Source: Sandaracinaceae bacterium (GTDB taxonomy: Bacteria; Myxococcota_A; Polyangia; Polyangiales; Sandaracinaceae). Taken from it: a stretch of 64,000 nucleotides of DNA. Under the pieces are notes generated by a model. It was not told the origin of the DNA and made no database searches. It saw nothing but the letters and a program-made list of their open reading frames with translations. Shown here piece by piece: positions 63,625-64,000 of this stretch. Both the position numbers and the translations under genes were made by a program. Location of the stretch: the NCBI GenBank assembly GCA_044220955.1, contig JBGAQA010000021.1:22783-86782 (forward strand), given 5' to 3'. Position 1 is the first letter of the stretch; every line of letters begins with the position of its first letter.

Positions 63625-63761
63625 GACCGAACAGTAGCGCAGTCGCGAGCGCTCCGCGTACGGAGCAGGGCCGATCGACGCCCTGCCCGGCCCGGCGGGT
63701 CAGCGGACCCAAGAACGTCGAGCGGCGACCGCTCGCGTCGGCGCACCCCATCCATGCTCGG

Positions 63762-64000
63762 TCATGGGGAGCACGCCGGCTGGCAGTAGTGCGGCCCGCC
63801 GACGGTGTCGCTGACGCAGGCGCCGAGGCCGTCGCACGTGCGGCCCTTCGCGAGGCCGCCCTCGCACACGACGCCGCTGCCGCACGCGGCGCCCTTCACG
63901 TAGACCGCGCAGGTGCCGCCGGCGCCGCACACGCCGCTCTTGCCGCAGGTGGTCGAGTCCTCCTTGGGGCAGCGGTCGCCCGGGTCGGTGCCGATCTTGG
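63762..64000 (-). CDS. 3' end of a Cys-rich repeat protein that continues beyond the window
   Basis: My translation: KIGTDPGDRCPKEDSTTCGKSGVCGAGGTCAVY...CDGLGACVSDTVGGPHYCQPACSP-stop; absent from the ORF track. Confidence 0.72.
   Translation of the reverse strand, partial: KIGTDPGDRCPKEDSTTCGKSGVCGAGGTCAVYVKGAACGSGVVCEGGLAKGRTCDGLGACVSDTVGGPHYCQPACSP

Noticed and set aside
62725..63761. TA pair as an integron cassette or mobile element
   Set aside because: No attC core sites (RYYYAAC/GTTRRRY), target duplication, integrase or transposase seen

Overview
Very GC-rich, densely coding chromosomal region. The gene content (SgmX-like TPR protein, MXAN_5187-type sensor, PEGA/TPR and Cys-rich lipoproteins, sterol desaturase) points to a myxobacterium, probably Polyangiales/Sandaracinaceae-like; this taxonomy is inference. 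About 64 CDS are supported. Housekeeping genes are hpt, lysC, metG, uppP, manC, a phosphomannomutase, efp-epmA, icmF and hprK-rapZ-ptsH-ptsI; the rest are mostly envelope lipoproteins plus an MntA/HepT toxin-antitoxin pair among Cys-rich paralogues at the right end. I found no rRNA, tRNA, CRISPR array, integrase or transposase. The most notable signals are: (1) TAnnnT -10 boxes 6-11 nt upstream of SD-less start codons at about 14 genes, suggesting pervasive leaderless or near-leaderless transcription; (2) a sigma54-driven metallo-hydrolase plus cNMP-type GAF enhancer-binding protein pair that may form a feedback loop; (3) an EpmA that appears to keep a LysRS-like OB-fold; (4) a heme c-PHM/DBH copper monooxygenase fusion; (5) a eukaryote-like sterol C5-desaturase; (6) a four-gene DUF4266/DUF3570 envelope module; (7) three Cys-rich genes sharing a C-terminal CVSDT..P..C...C tail. 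Family calls come from motif recognition by eye, not database searches, and several start codons were re-chosen from the ORF track.
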